DNA from: Mobula hypostoma
Taxonomy: Eukaryota
Reading direction: 5' to 3'
DNA: 64,000 bases
NCBI RefSeq assembly: GCF_963921235.1
Contig: NC_086107.1
Location: forward strand, 100,938,001 to 101,002,000
Of the stretch, positions 36,625 to 49,305 are shown one piece after another. Every line of letters begins with the position of its first letter. The stretch's first letter is position 1. The notes beneath the pieces are model-generated. The model was not told the DNA's origin. It saw only the letters and a list, made by a program, of their open reading frames with translations, and did no database searches. The translations under genes were made by a program, and so were the position numbers.

Positions 36625-39519
36625 TATGTTCTAAAGCATCCTGTCTGGTTACATCGTGGCATGGTATGGCAACCGTTCTGTTCAAGACTGCAAAAGGTTG
36701 TGGACATAGCTTAGCACATCATGGGCTCTTCAGTAAAGGAGCCTGCGGAGTCAAAGACCCCACCCACCCTGGACTGTCTCCCATCTCCCTTCTCCCTCTC
36801 CCAGCAGGCAATACATACAAAAGCCTGAAAGCACATACCACCAGGCTCAAGGACAGCTTCTGTCTCACTGTTGAACAGTCCCCAAGTATGATAAAATGGA
36901 TTCTTGATCTCACAATGTACCTTGTTATGGCCTTATACCTTATTGCCTGCCTGCATTGCACTTTCTGTCTTACTGTGACACTTTATTTTGCAATGTTACT
37001 ATATTCCCTTGTATTTCTTCAATATACTGATGTAATCAACTGGTATATAGTATTTAGATGTTATTCAAAATAATGATTTTTAACTGTATCTCAGTACCAG
37101 TGATAATAATAAACCAACTTACCTATCTTTTGGGTGGCAGGGTGGAGATTCGTTTCTGCCAAAGGAGGTGTAAGGTGCTCCTTTCCTCCACTAGTCTGCA
37201 GGTCACCCTCGGGCAAGGTGTAGCACCTGCTTAGTCCCTGATCAGGGCCACGTGAAGTCATGGGAGCAGGTAGCTGGTGGTCGTATGAGAAGCTGGTGCG
37301 TATCGCAAGTCCTGGTTATGCGACTTATGCGACTGACGCCAGGCAGGCAATCTCTGAAGAGCATTGATAATGGCTGGGGTCACTTGCCTTGTAAAGACAT
37401 TGCCCAGAAGAAGACAATGGCAAACCACTTCTGTAGAAAATTTGCCAAGCATAATAATGGTCATGGAAAGACCACGATTGCCCATGTCATATGACACGGT
37501 TCATAATGAATGAACAAACCTATCTCTGGGATGCTGGAGGAAACTGGAGTACTCAGGGAAAACGTGTGTGGTCACAAGGACGACATACAAACTCCACACA
37601 GAGAAGTGGAAGAGGTCAGGATTGAACTCAGGCTGTGGGGTAGTCGTTGCATTCTTAGATCTGGCCAAGGGGCTCCCTCAGCCTAGGGGCAATTTTCAGT
37701 AGTAAGAGCCTACTGGCTATACAGTATATCTTTGGGATGTAGGAAGAAACTGGAGCTCTGCTGACAACCCATGTGATCGCAGAACGTGCAGGTTTCACAC
37801 AGACAGCAGTGAACCTGGGTGGCTACAGTTGTGAGCTAGCAGCTCTACCAGCTCTGTTACTCTGCTGCATTGGAACTGGATAACATTTTGCAAAGGTGCA
37901 GTGCTATGTTAACAGAAAAAGCAAGGCAGTGGGATAATTGGATCACTCTTCCTGAATGCTAACACAGGGACACTTGGGACTACTCAAATATTATTCACTG
38001 GTTGGAGCAAAATATTACAAAATGGCAGATAGACCAAGTAAGCCAAATAGAGTTCAATATAAGGAATTGTGAGATGGTTCACTTTGGTGCCAAGGAAGAT
38101 ATTTTCCAGTGTGGTATTGTGAACCATCAAAGGAAGAAAGATATTTAGGAATCCAAGGACAGATTCAATGAAAATTGTCTCACTAAGAAAAAGACTGTTA
38201 GAATATGAGCTTTTATCTTGAGAAGTTTGGAATACAAATAATGTCACGGATGTCCAGAGCTTTGGTTAAGGTAACTGGATGTTTTGTATTTACTTCTAGA
38301 CACCAGTTCACAGGTAGGAAAAGTCTTCACCAATATCAGGCCATGGATAGGTTGTATGAATTTGGCAATGAGAAGATTGGAGAATGGGCTAAAGTAACAG
38401 CAGTGGGATACAATGAATTAATATACAGGGCATCTACTTTCTGTGGTAGGACAAGTTTAAAGCAGAAGAACTACAAACACAAAAAAATTCTGCAGATGCT
38501 AGAAATCCCAAGCAAAATGCTAGAGGAACTCAGTAGGTCCATAAGACCATCAGACAAAGGAACAGAATTAGGCCATTCAGCCCATCGAATCTGCTCCGCC
38601 ATTCCATCATGGCTGATCCCGGATCCCACTCCGCCCCGTACACTTGCCTTCTTGCCATATCCTTTGATGCCCCGACTGATCAGGAAGATATCAATTTCCG
38701 CCTTAAATATACCCATGGTCTTGACCTCCACCGCAGTCTGTGGCAGAGCATTCCACAGATTTACTACTGTCTGGCTGAAAAAGTTCCTCCTTACTTCTGT
38801 TCTAAAAGGTCACCCCACAATTCTGAGGCTGTGCCCTCGAGTTCTGGATACCCCCACTACTATTGGAAAAATCCTCTCCACATCCATCCATCTCGTCCTT
38901 TCGACATTTGGTAAGTTTCAATGAGATCTCTTCCCCCCTCCCCACCTTCTTCTAAGTTCCAGTGAGTACAAACCCAAAGCTGCCAAATGCTCCTCATTTT
39001 TAACCCCTTCATTCCCAGAATCATCCTTGTGAACCTCCTCTGGACTCTCTCCAATGACCACACATCCCTTCTGAGATATGGGGCCCAAAACTGTAAAGGT
39101 CAGGCAGCATCTATGGAGAAGAGTAACCAGTCAACGTTTTGGGATTGATGAAGGGTCTCGACCTGAAACGTTGACTGTTTACTCTTTCCATAGATGCTGC
39201 CTGACCTGCTGAGTTCCTCCAGCATTTTGTGTGAGCCACAATGTAATTAGATATTGCACCTTTGCATGAAGAGTTGCATAGTCTAAAACTCCTTTTCCTC
39301 AAAAGGCCAGTTAAGTTTTCATTCTCAGTTGGATAGCGTTTTGGGAGCTCATGGTGCCAGTGTTGTGCACCAAAAGCATTGAGGGAGAGATTAACTGGTG
39401 GAACTGGGTGATGAAATGGATTCTGCCGCGTTTCTCCAGCATTTTGTGTGCGCGTTGCTGAAGAAGGGCTGAATGGTTTCCTCCTGTGGCTGTGATTGAT
39501 CTTGGCTTTTGCTTTGAAG

Positions 39520-39598
39520 CTGGCAGGCGGAATCGAGAATGCACAATCCATTGACCAGTCAGATCCGCAGGAAATGGTCAGCGGACTCATCCTCTCGG
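39520..39598 (+). CDS. TRIOBP: Coding exon of the same gene (phase 2 to 0)
   Basis: Acceptor ggcttttgctttgaag and strong donor CGG|gtaagc; 79 nt encoding WQAESRMHNPLTSQIRRKWSADSSSR. Same phases, leading Trp and similar size as the recalled MPRIP exon WLEML...PPTPQ. Confidence 0.6.
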
Positions 39599-39700
39599 GT
39601 AAGCAGCATTCCAGCCCTCCTCCCACCCCCCCACCCACCGCCTGGATCAGGGGGAGCCATCGCTGCCTTTAACAGTTGCTTATTTTTCCTAACCCCACAG

Positions 39701-39872
39701 ATCTCGGAGTTATCCAGTACGGCGGGGTCCAGGGGCTGCCTGTTAAGAGGAGAGTGGACACCGGGGTCCAATGTCTCCACACTGCAGGGAGAGAGCAGGA
39801 ACAGGGACCTGCACACCGAGAGTCCAACTTGGGCCCAGTCGTGCAGCAGAACCAATTCAGTGGGCTCGCGGG
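39701..39872 (+). CDS. TRIOBP: Coding exon of the same TRIOBP-like gene (phase 0 to 1)
   Basis: Strong acceptor ttatttttcctaaccccacag and donor G|gtaatg; 172 nt open. ISELSSTAGSRG...STLQGESRNRD...SVGSR resembles MPRIP STLWQEEMRTKD. End phase matches exon 41635. Confidence 0.7.
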
Positions 39873-41634
39873 GTAATGTCAAAGTAACATTGTCTCTTAC
39901 AGATGACAAGATTCATCCAAGCGGGATTTCATTTAGGTTGGAATAATTCCTTGAATCCCAATGCCATCCACCCTACAATTAGGATATTCTAGCCAATCAT
40001 GCTCTTTTGCTCAGTTCTGGGCAATATATATACCTTCTCTTTCTTCTGTTGCTGCTTTTGTATCTGGGCTTCCATCAGAATCTTCTCTGGTTCCTCAGAC
40101 TTCAGAACATGTTCTTCTTCATCTTGTTCATTTATTGTGTTGGGCACGTGGCCAAGTGGTTAAGGCGCTCGTCTAGTGATCTGAAGGTCGCTAGTTCAAG
40201 CCTCAGCTGTGGCGGCGTGTTTGTGCCCTTGAGCAAGGCACTTAACCACACATTGCTCTAGTGTCTGTGCGAGGAGTGGTGCCCCACACAGACTTCCAAT
40301 CTGCGCCTTATAAGGCATGAAAATGCCCGACGCAGGCCTCTTGAGTTGGCGTTCCCTCTCCTCCCCCCTTCTTCATCCCCTCCTTTCTTCGATTGAAACC
40401 AGTGCTTCCCACTGTTCCACACACTGTCATTATGCCCCCAACTCTTCAGAATAGCTTTCCTTCCATGGTCCTTCTTCACTTCACAGAATCGAAGGCAAGT
40501 TGTTGAACTGGTTGGGGATCTGGCCAACAGGGGATGATGGGCAGGGATATTGGCAGGATGTGACAATGTGTTCTCCGAGAATCTGCACTGAGACTGCGCT
40601 GTTCACTGTAATAACACATGACTCTGATGATGGGCTAGTAACTCACTAGTACAGCGATCTACATTTTAAAAAATCGGTCCCCAGTACACAGTACAGATTC
40701 CAGTTGCTTGGCTCCAAAGAGGGCGTGATTGAGAGACTGGGAAACAATGGGGCAAACGGATATCCTAGTAGACAATTATGAGGTTACTTGCATTGACCAG
40801 ACTACTTTCTAAATGGTCAAAACATGAATGCAGTGGAGGTCCAAAGAGATTTGGGGATTGCTCACTTCACCGCACACTGACTTTTCCGGTCTCCTTTTCC
40901 CTACGACACCATGGATGTGATCTGAGCCGTACCTTCTGGAGGTGTGATCACCCGCAGCAGTAAAGCCTCTCAGTTGGTACCTGCTGAATTTCCTGTAGAC
41001 ACCATGTGACCATTTGCACAGCTAGTGGTCTGTAGCGACTCTGGTGGCTGCCCACGCTCGGCAGCTCTGAGCTTGAGAGCCCACGTGAAACGTCCTGAGT
41101 CTCACAGAGTGAACCAGAAATGGCAGGCCAGAAATTGTCAAACTGTGCCGCCATTTACATTCTGGGGACGTGACAGTGGCTCATTTGGTCGAGCCGCTGC
41201 GTCACAGACCCAGAGGCCCAGATCCGATCCTGACCTGAAGTGTCGTCTGTGTGGAATTTACATATTCTCTCTGTGACTGTGTAGGTTGCTCCCAGGTGCC
41301 CCAGTTCCCTCCCACATCCCCGATGTGTGGGTTGTTGACTTACTCATCCATAGTACAGTATATTGTTAAAGGGGAGTGAGATTGGAGAACTTAGTGAGGG
41401 AACTCCACAGCCTGTAGTCAGGGGAACAAAGGCAGAGCCTTTAAAACTGAGGGGATGATGGGCAGGAGGCCAGAGCACTGACATCTTGGAGTGTAAAGGA
41501 AGAGGTTACAGAGCTGGGTGCGGACTGGTGTGGAGGGACAAAGCCAAGACTGCGGTTCCTTTAGCTGGATCTGACGATGTGTATGGTGTTTGGAGGGAGG
41601 TGGGCAGCCGGTCTGACTGTGTTCTCCTCTCCAG

Positions 41635-42052
41635 CAGGCACAGAGCTGGTGAGCGCTGAGCGAGTGACTGGCCGCAAGCCTCGGGTGGAAAGTGGGTACT
41701 TCTCCTTGGAGCGAGCAAAGTCAGACTCTGTCCACAGCCAGTCCCCCGACGGGCGCCGTGCTGCAGAGGCCCGGAGTGCGGGAGGAGGAGGAGGGCTGCT
41801 CAACCTCGGCCGGCTCACCTCGTCCCAGAGCTCCTTTGAGTCGGGGTCGAGCTGGGGCACAGCCTCCACCGTGGGCAACCCGGAGTCCAGGCTCCTCCGC
41901 AGGGACTACACAGCACTGGCGGACATCCCAAAGCCCAAGAGGATCATCGGCCGAGAGAAGCTGGAGCAGGACTGTAAACAACTGGGGCAGAGGACGCGGA
42001 CGCGGAGCCCCGGGCGCGAGGAGGTGGAACGCTTGTTTGGGCAACAACGCAG
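41635..42052 (+). CDS. TRIOBP: Internal coding exon of a TRIOBP-like (TRIO and F-actin-binding protein; TRIOBP/MPRIP family) gene
   Basis: Pyrimidine tract plus ccagCAG acceptor (phase 1) and AG|gttgga donor (phase 2). Encodes GRKPRVESGYFSLER...RDYTALADIPKPKRI...RTRSPGREEVERLFGQQRR, matching recalled family motifs (MPRIP GRKVRVESGYFSLEK and RSPGREEVARLFGNERR; TRIOBP YTVLADLP and SPGRAEVERLFGQERR). EVERLFGQ favours TRIOBP, but MPRIP is not excluded. GC-rich, CpG-retaining unique sequence. Confidence 0.85.
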
Positions 42053-44872
42053 GTTGGAACGATTGTAACATCTGTCCCCCGCGATTTATGTGCCAGGCAA
42101 CTGGTCAGCCAGGGGTCCATAGATCCCTTGCTTAAATGGTATTGGTCCATGGCACTCTTTGATTTAGACCAAAGAGTGGCCTTATTGTGGTGTCTAAATC
42201 ATTAGAAGTGGTTAAAAGAAGAGGGAGGGTTCATTTGTGGGAAGTTAAAAACCAGTTGTAAATCTGAGACAGACATTAATAGACAGCAAATATTGCTTCG
42301 CTGTTCCAAAATAGCGCAAGGATGTGCCAGGCAGAGACGGTTTAATATCAGCGGTGGGAACGTATTTAGGGATTATGGTCAGAGAAAAATTTGGCAAAGT
42401 TGTAGAGAATGAAAGCGAGGCAGCACATAATGGCTGAAGGGGAATCGTGAGTGATGAAATGTTATGGTAAGGCTGATGAAGAGAATGGAGTGGATGCTGC
42501 CTATAAATTTTCAAGGGGTGTTTGATAAAGCACCACCTCAGCAGGCTAGTTAGCAAAGCTGCAGGTCAGATTAAAGTTTCAGAAGCAATATGGATGAGGA
42601 ACCACCCCAGTGCAGAAAGCAGCGGTGGGTTAACGTTAAACAGGGTAAAGCGTGCAGACGCTGGAGATCCAAAGCAATGCACACAACATGCTGGAGGAAC
42701 TCAGCAAGCCAGGCAGCATCTATGGAAATGAATAGACAGTCAACGTTTCGGGCCAAGACCCTTGTTCAGGACCGATCAGGAAGGGGGAAGGGGCCAGAAT
42801 AAAAAGGTGGGGGGAGGGGAAGGAGGCTTGCTGGAAGGTGTTTGGGGGGAAAGGTAAAGGGCTGGAGAAGGAGGAATTGATAGGAGAGGAGAGTGGACCA
42901 TTGGAGAAAGGGAATGAGGAGGGGACTCGGGGAAGTGATGGGCAGGTGAGAGGTGGTGAAAGGCCGGAATGGGGAAAAGTAGAAGAAGTTAATGAGTTTC
43001 AGACTGGAAGTGGGGTGCTTCAAGGATACACTTAATATTAATGGCTTAGACTGCAGCTGAAGGGCGAAACTTCCAAATCTACAGCTGACAAGATTTGGAA
43101 GTACGGTAACCAGCGAGGAGAGTTGTAAAAGCATGAGAGAAGATGTAGATAGGCAGACTGAATTGGTAAACGTGGCCCATGAGAGTTAATGTAGCTGGAT
43201 AAACTGATAGAGTTTGACACTGAGAATAAGGAGAGACACTGCAGTTTAAGCGGTGCCATTGTAGAGGTTGCACCAAACAAAGGGAACTGGGTAAATGGGT
43301 AGAACACAGTGAGTGAGCAGGTGGTTCAGGAAATGGGGCCCTAGGCTCCAGAAGCAAACTGGGAGGGTATGAATGGCATTCTGACTGGATGCATCAGCAT
43401 CGTATGGGGGGGGGGGGTGCTGCTACTGCACAAGTTTGAAATAAGTTGCAGAAACTTATAAAATTGTTCAGCTCCATCATGAGTACTATCCTCCCTAGTA
43501 TCCAGGACATCTTCCAGGAGCGGTGCCTTAGGAAGGCAGCGTCCATCATTGAGGACTCCCACCATCCAGGGCATACACCGCTTCTGATTGTTACTGTCGG
43601 GAAGGAGGTACAGGAGCCTGAAGGCACACACTCAGTGATTCAGGAACAGCTTCTTCCCCTCTGCCATCAGATTTCTGAATGGACATTGAACCCACAAACA
43701 CTACCTCACTACTATTTTTTATTTCTGCTTTTTTCACTGCTTATTTTGGCAACGATTTTATATATATAAAAAATTCTGATTCTGATTCCGATTAGGCGAC
43801 AATTGGAGTATCATGTCCTAGTGGTAAGACTGTGGATTTGGGTACAGAGAAGACTTGCTTGAATGGTTCTCAGAATGAAAATTTCCTTTCCAGGTTTGGT
43901 TGGGGAAGCTGGAGGCAAAGCTTTGAGATATCAGGCAATGGGAAATCAAGGAAAATGTTAACTTGGGATGTACTTATGATTTGGAATTCAATGCTTGTTG
44001 TTAATTCAAAATGATGTTACGAGCGCTATTTGCAGGGCTGAAGAAGAGTGGGACTAACAGGGTTGTTTTATCTTGAGCTGGCATAGACTAGATGGGCCAA
44101 AAGCCCTCCTCCGAGAATCACAGAGAAATGCACGATTCAGGTCCTTCAGTTCTATGAGTCTTTGACGAATACAGTACCCAGCCAGCTCGTCCCAATTTTC
44201 TGCATTTGGCCCATATCCCCCCAAGCCTCTCACCCCTCCATGTACCCGTGCAAGTGTTTCTTAAATCATTCTATTGTACCTGCCTCAACCCCCTCCTCTG
44301 GCAACTCGTTCCATATCCTCACCCCCCCCCCAGTGTGAAGAAGTTGTTGTTCCTGCGCTTTAACACAGGGACTATTACTGATGCCCTATGCTACAACATT
44401 TGTTTGATACTCTGTGGATTCAGAGAAGTGTCTTCGCCCCAGCATGGAAGGAATGTGTGATCCCCTCCTCTCCTCCCTCCCGATGGAGTCATATCACTCG
44501 GAGATATTTGAAGGACATCTAGGTAAGGCAGCAGAGTGCGATATTTTTCAGACAGTGTTGGACACAGTAGCTTTGAGGAAGGCATGTGTGGTGCAGTGGA
44601 CCCGTTGGGCAGAAGGTATTCCTTCTGTCCCTCAGAAGTTGGAGTGCCAGGTGCTTTTCTAGATAGAGCTCCAAGGGGTCCTCCACCATCATTTGCACTG
44701 CCCCTTCCCCCAGTACCCTCCCTCCTGGTGCCTGCACAGACACCGGTTGGTAACAGGATGGGGTGGATAGGTGGGGGCTCCTTGCTTGCTAATTTTGGGG
44801 CAGTTGGGCCTTGCGAGGTATGTAGAGATGAGGGAATCATGGAGCACTGGTGTTTATAAACTGGACTGGGTC

Positions 44873-45090
44873 ACCTGGCCCATTAGTTCCTCCCTTCTGG
44901 TCCGTCAGCTCCTCCCCTGGTCCATCAGCCCCACCCCCTGGTCTGTTAGCTCCTCCCCCTGGTCTATTAGCTCATCTCCCCTGGCCTATTAGCCCCTCCC
45001 CTGGTATGTTTGTATATTAGCTCCTCCCCCAGTCTATGAGCTCCTCCCTCCTGGTCCATTAGCTCCTCCCCCAGTCCATCAGCTTCTCCC
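44873..45090. repeat. Degenerate ~21-22 bp tandem repeat (CTCCTCCCCCTGGTCCATTAG-like), ~10 copies
   Basis: Repeated agctcctcccc(c)tggtc(c/t)attag units. Confidence 0.85.
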
Positions 45091-46348
45091 TCATCTCTTC
45101 ATGGTTGGATGTTGAGACAACATGGGCTTGGTGTTAAAATTGCATTGCAGCATTAATAACCTCAGTGGGCTCACTGGGCATCTTAAATCACCCCCGTCTA
45201 TAGGGAGCCATGAATTATTGCTGTAAATGTTACGACAAGTGGCTACATTCCAAGATGGAATCTTTATTTCATCGTTTTGGTTTTAATCTCTCCCCCAGTT
45301 CTCTGCAGCCTGTTAGGGGAGGGTTTAATCTGATAGTGACAGCTATCCAGAGGAAACTGGTTTTGCCACCAGCAAGAACATGTGTTGTCAGTGCAGAGTA
45401 ACAGAAGTAAAAAGCTCGCCATTTAACAAAATACACAAATCTGTGAGGCGTGGAGAGTCCCAGTTCTCAGTTCCTGCTATGGCTGACCAGAGCTTGTAGA
45501 AAGGGACAATTCATCCCCTTGACGGAATGCTGGCTGTTCATACAAATTCCCACTGGGTGTGACTTCTGAATCCCTATCCACCACCATTTGCACACTACAT
45601 GACAATCTCTCATCTACCTTTTGTTTTGTTTGCCAACTAGAATCAGAATCAGGTTTAATATCACCGGCGTGTGTCATGAAGTTTGCTGTCTTGCAGCAGT
45701 AATACATTGCAATACGTGGCAATAAAAGCTATTAATTACAATGAAAAGCATATATAAAAATAATTAGAATTGCAACAAGAGAGAGAAGAAGAAATAGTGA
45801 GGTAGTGTTTATAGGTTCATTGTCCATTCAGAAACCTGATGGCGGAGAGGAAGAGGCTGTTCCTGAAACACTGTGAGTGGAGCCTTCGGGCTCCTGTATC
45901 TCCTCCTTGATGGTAGCAATGAGACTAGGGCATGTCTGTGGTGATGGGGGCGGGGGGCGTCTTTCATGATAGGTGCTGCCTTTTTGAGGCATTGCCATGT
46001 GAAGATGTCCTCAATGCTGGGGAGGCTGGTGCCCATGATACCAGTGGCTGAATTTACAACTTCCTGCAGCTTTCTCCTAGATCCTGTCTAGTTCTGCGCC
46101 ACCCCCACCCCCACATACCAGACGGCGATGCAGCCAGTTCTCCTTAGAGTCCTGCTGAAAGGCCTCAGCCTGAGATGTCAACCAGTCCTGCCGAAGGTCG
46201 CAGCCCAAATCGGTGACTGTACTTTTTTTCCGTGATGCTGCCTGGCCTGCTGAGTTCCTCCAGCATTTTCTGTGTGTTGTTTGGATTTCTGACACCTGCA
46301 GATTTTCTCTTGTTAGTTCTCCTTAAGTTTATTTGCTTTTCTTTAGAT

Positions 46349-48127
46349 TAGTGGTTGCCAACCTTTTTAAGCCCAAGATCCCCTACCTCGGCCTTAGTGA
46401 AAGGCAAGATCGACCTACTTAATAGTTTAGAGAAAAAACAGCTCAGATTGTACTTCCAACTTGAGGCTTTTTATTTGGGCTAATTGTAATTGAATTACAT
46501 AAAATGCTTTCGTCAAACTTTCAAATTAATTCAACCAAGAAAACACTGTAACTAGCATATCAAACAGGCCATAGCTGTCTTTCTTTAAGAATATTACAAT
46601 ACCTCATACCTTTAATTCTAAGTTTAATTATTTAATTTTATTTCAACACGAAAAATAAATGAATAAAAATTGACTGTTGCACTCAGTGTGGTGACTGGGG
46701 CTGAATACTTTCTTCTAGTTCCCTGAAATTTGGCTCAGTCAGCCAGTCTGTGAGGTGTCTGTCAGTAAGACAGCTCCTGTACTTAGATTTAATGATTTTC
46801 ATCTGTGAAAATGCAATTTCACACAGCTAAGTTGACCCGAAGTAGGCAATGACTTTTAGTGCACATGTGGTGAGATGAGGAAATTGACAAGCCCCCAGAA
46901 GTCACTGTCCCTTGATCTAGCTTTAGGCTCGATATCATTTTGCAAATCAATTATTTCCATTTCAATAGCACTTAGCACACCAAATACTTGCTGGAATTTG
47001 GCTGCTATCTGTTCTATATCGATTGGCAGAAATGGGTTTGAAATAAATGCAGCAATATCTTTCATGACGTTTAACTCCTCAAAACGCCGATCAAATTCTA
47101 TTGCCAGTTTGTCTAGGTAAGCACAGTACTGCTCGGGCCAAAAAGCATTTTTTTCCTTGATGGCCTGTAACATTTTCTCCAAGTTGGGAAAGCGTGTCAG
47201 CCTCCTGTTCTTGAAATTTGAAATCCAAACACCGAGTTTTGCCTTAAATGCATTTACTGCGCTTATCATGTGGGGCAGGTGTTGGTCTTTTCCCATGAGC
47301 TCATTGCTAAGTGCGTTTAATTTAGCCATTAGGTCTGTCAGGAACCCTAAATCCAGTAGCCACGCATCATCTGACAGTCCCTCGTGCTCCTCGTTTCTTG
47401 TCGACAGAAAAGTCTTTATCTCAGACAGCAAGTCAAGATATCGTTGCAGCACTTTCCCGCGACTCAACCACCGAACATCAGCATGAAGAATTATGTCTTC
47501 GTAAGCGGCATCGAGCTCATCCAATAACGCCTTGAATAAGCAGTGCTGAAGCACTTTTGCTCGAATCAAGTTTATCAGTTTGACCACCAGTGTCATTACA
47601 TGAGAGAAGTCCACGACCTTCCCAGCCAAGACCTGCTGATGAATCACATAGTGATAATCCAGGAAGCTGGGAAAATCAGGGTCATTACGGCACAGTGCTA
47701 TAAAACCAAGGCGCACACCGTGCATTGCTGGGGCCCCATCAGTAGTAATTACCTCCAGTTTATCGATGGGGATGTCATTTTCATGGACATTTTTTTAAAA
47801 CTCATTGTGAAATATCCTCACCTCTCGTTTTCTCCTTTAAGTGCAAAAGAGTGAGGAAGTTGTAAAATCCTCGAAAGCCATTCTAACAAATACAACAAGC
47901 TGAGCTGTTTGCAGTGGGAAAAGAGAAGCACAAAAACCAGGGAAAGCAACTAAGTGTGGGTTAAAAACGACTCACATATGCGCTCCAGGGGTAAAATTTG
48001 CTTTTGCATCAAAAGGTTTATCAGGAATAATGTATTTGTGTATTTCTTTTTCTTTTTTTTTTGGGATCTACTGGGAAAGTCTCAAAGATCGACCGGTCGA
48101 TCGCAATTGACTGGTTGGCGACCACTA
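46349..48127 (-). mobile_element. Internally deleted hAT DNA transposon (Charlie/Buster/SPIN-like; GTF2IRD2-type transposase remnant)
   Basis: TIRs tagtggttgccaacc / ggttggcgaccacta and perfect 8-bp TSD ctttagat (46341-46348, 48128-48135). Transposase motifs ITTDGAPAM, HYVIHQ, VRWLSRG, and FGST*LCEIAFS with a stop; N-terminus missing. Confidence 0.93.
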
Positions 48128-49269
48128 CTTTAGATAGTTTATCGTGATTATTCTATAAAATCCATTTATAATTTTGTTCGGTTCTATTATACATTCCTTT
48201 AGCCGTCTGTGCTCCAAGCAGAGTGCTACAAATTCCCCTAATCTCTCTATCGTTAAGCCACCGATCTGGCAAATCTCCTCTGCACTCTCCAAGAGTTGCT
48301 GAAGTGTGGGGATCAGAACTGGATCCATTGCTGATCTGAGAGATGCACACGGAAATCCGATATACCTTCCTTGTATTATACCCTGTTTATAAAGCTAAGG
48401 ATTCTGCCTTTTTCCTTTAACCAGCTTTTCCAATGTGTCATTCGGAAAATATGATTTAAAAAAAAATCTGTCTCTGACTGTCTCCCACAAACAAGTGGGA
48501 TTTATTCCACCCAGGAAAACAGCTGAGGCTGAAGAAATTAAGTAGTATAAAAATGAGCTGTGTGTTTAATTGGAAGGAGATTAGATGTCACAGAAACCAG
48601 GACAGAATGAGCTGGTTGTAATGACCCAGAATGTCTCGTGGTGTGCCTAATGAGATGGATTTTTTTTTGTATTTCAACTCAAATTCTTTTTTGTTTCCCT
48701 TACAACTTCCTGGATATGTGGGCGCCACGGCAGCGTAGCAACTAGCGTTACAGCTGGGGACGTTCCTGAGTTCAGGGTTCAATTCCAGCACTAGCTGTAA
48801 GAAGTTTGTACATTCTCCCCATGAGCTGCATGGATTTCCTCCTGGTGCTCTGGTTTCCTCCCAAAGACCAGTTAGGTTAATCGATCATTGTAAACTGTCC
48901 TGTGATTAGGCCAATTAAACAGGTGGGCTGCTGGGCAGTGCAAATCATTGAGTTGGAAGGGCCTCTCTGAATAAATACTAAATTAAAGACAAATTTTAAA
49001 ACCCTCAACGAGGGCAATGGATTCTCGATGTGATCAGAGTCGTATACAACACGGAAAAGGGCCGTTCAGTCCGCTGACCATCAACCACCCATTTACACAA
49101 ATCCTATACTATTTACATTATTTATCCTCTCACATTGTTATCAACTCTTCCCAGATTCTACCACTCACACTAGGAGTAGTTTAGAGCAGCCAGTTAACCT
49201 ACAGAGCTACACACGCAAAATGCTGGAGGAATTCAGCAGGCCAGGCCACCTCTGTGGAAAAGAGTTGAC

Positions 49270-49305
49270 AGTCGACGTTTCGGGCCGAGACCCTTCCTCA
49301 GGACC
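49270..49305 (-). ncRNA. Putative minimal type I hammerhead ribozyme
   Basis: Minus strand reads ggtc-CTGAGGA-agggtctcggccc-GAAA-CG-TC-gact. Lies in a palindromic element (~49209-49467) inserted in a V-SINE. Confidence 0.6.

Noticed and set aside
38205..38924. 239-aa ORF
   Set aside because: Chance read-through across CR1 remnants, a palindrome arm and an antisense CR1 tail.
44414..44522. Alternative first coding exon ending at CTAG|gtaagg
   Set aside because: Its open frame ends in phase 1, incompatible with the phase-2 downstream exon, and it has no homology.
46856..47725. 289-aa ORF as a domesticated GTF2IRD2/ZBED-like host gene
   Set aside because: Lies inside TIRs and a TSD, lacks the N-terminus, and has a frameshift and a stop in the C-terminal hAT domain.
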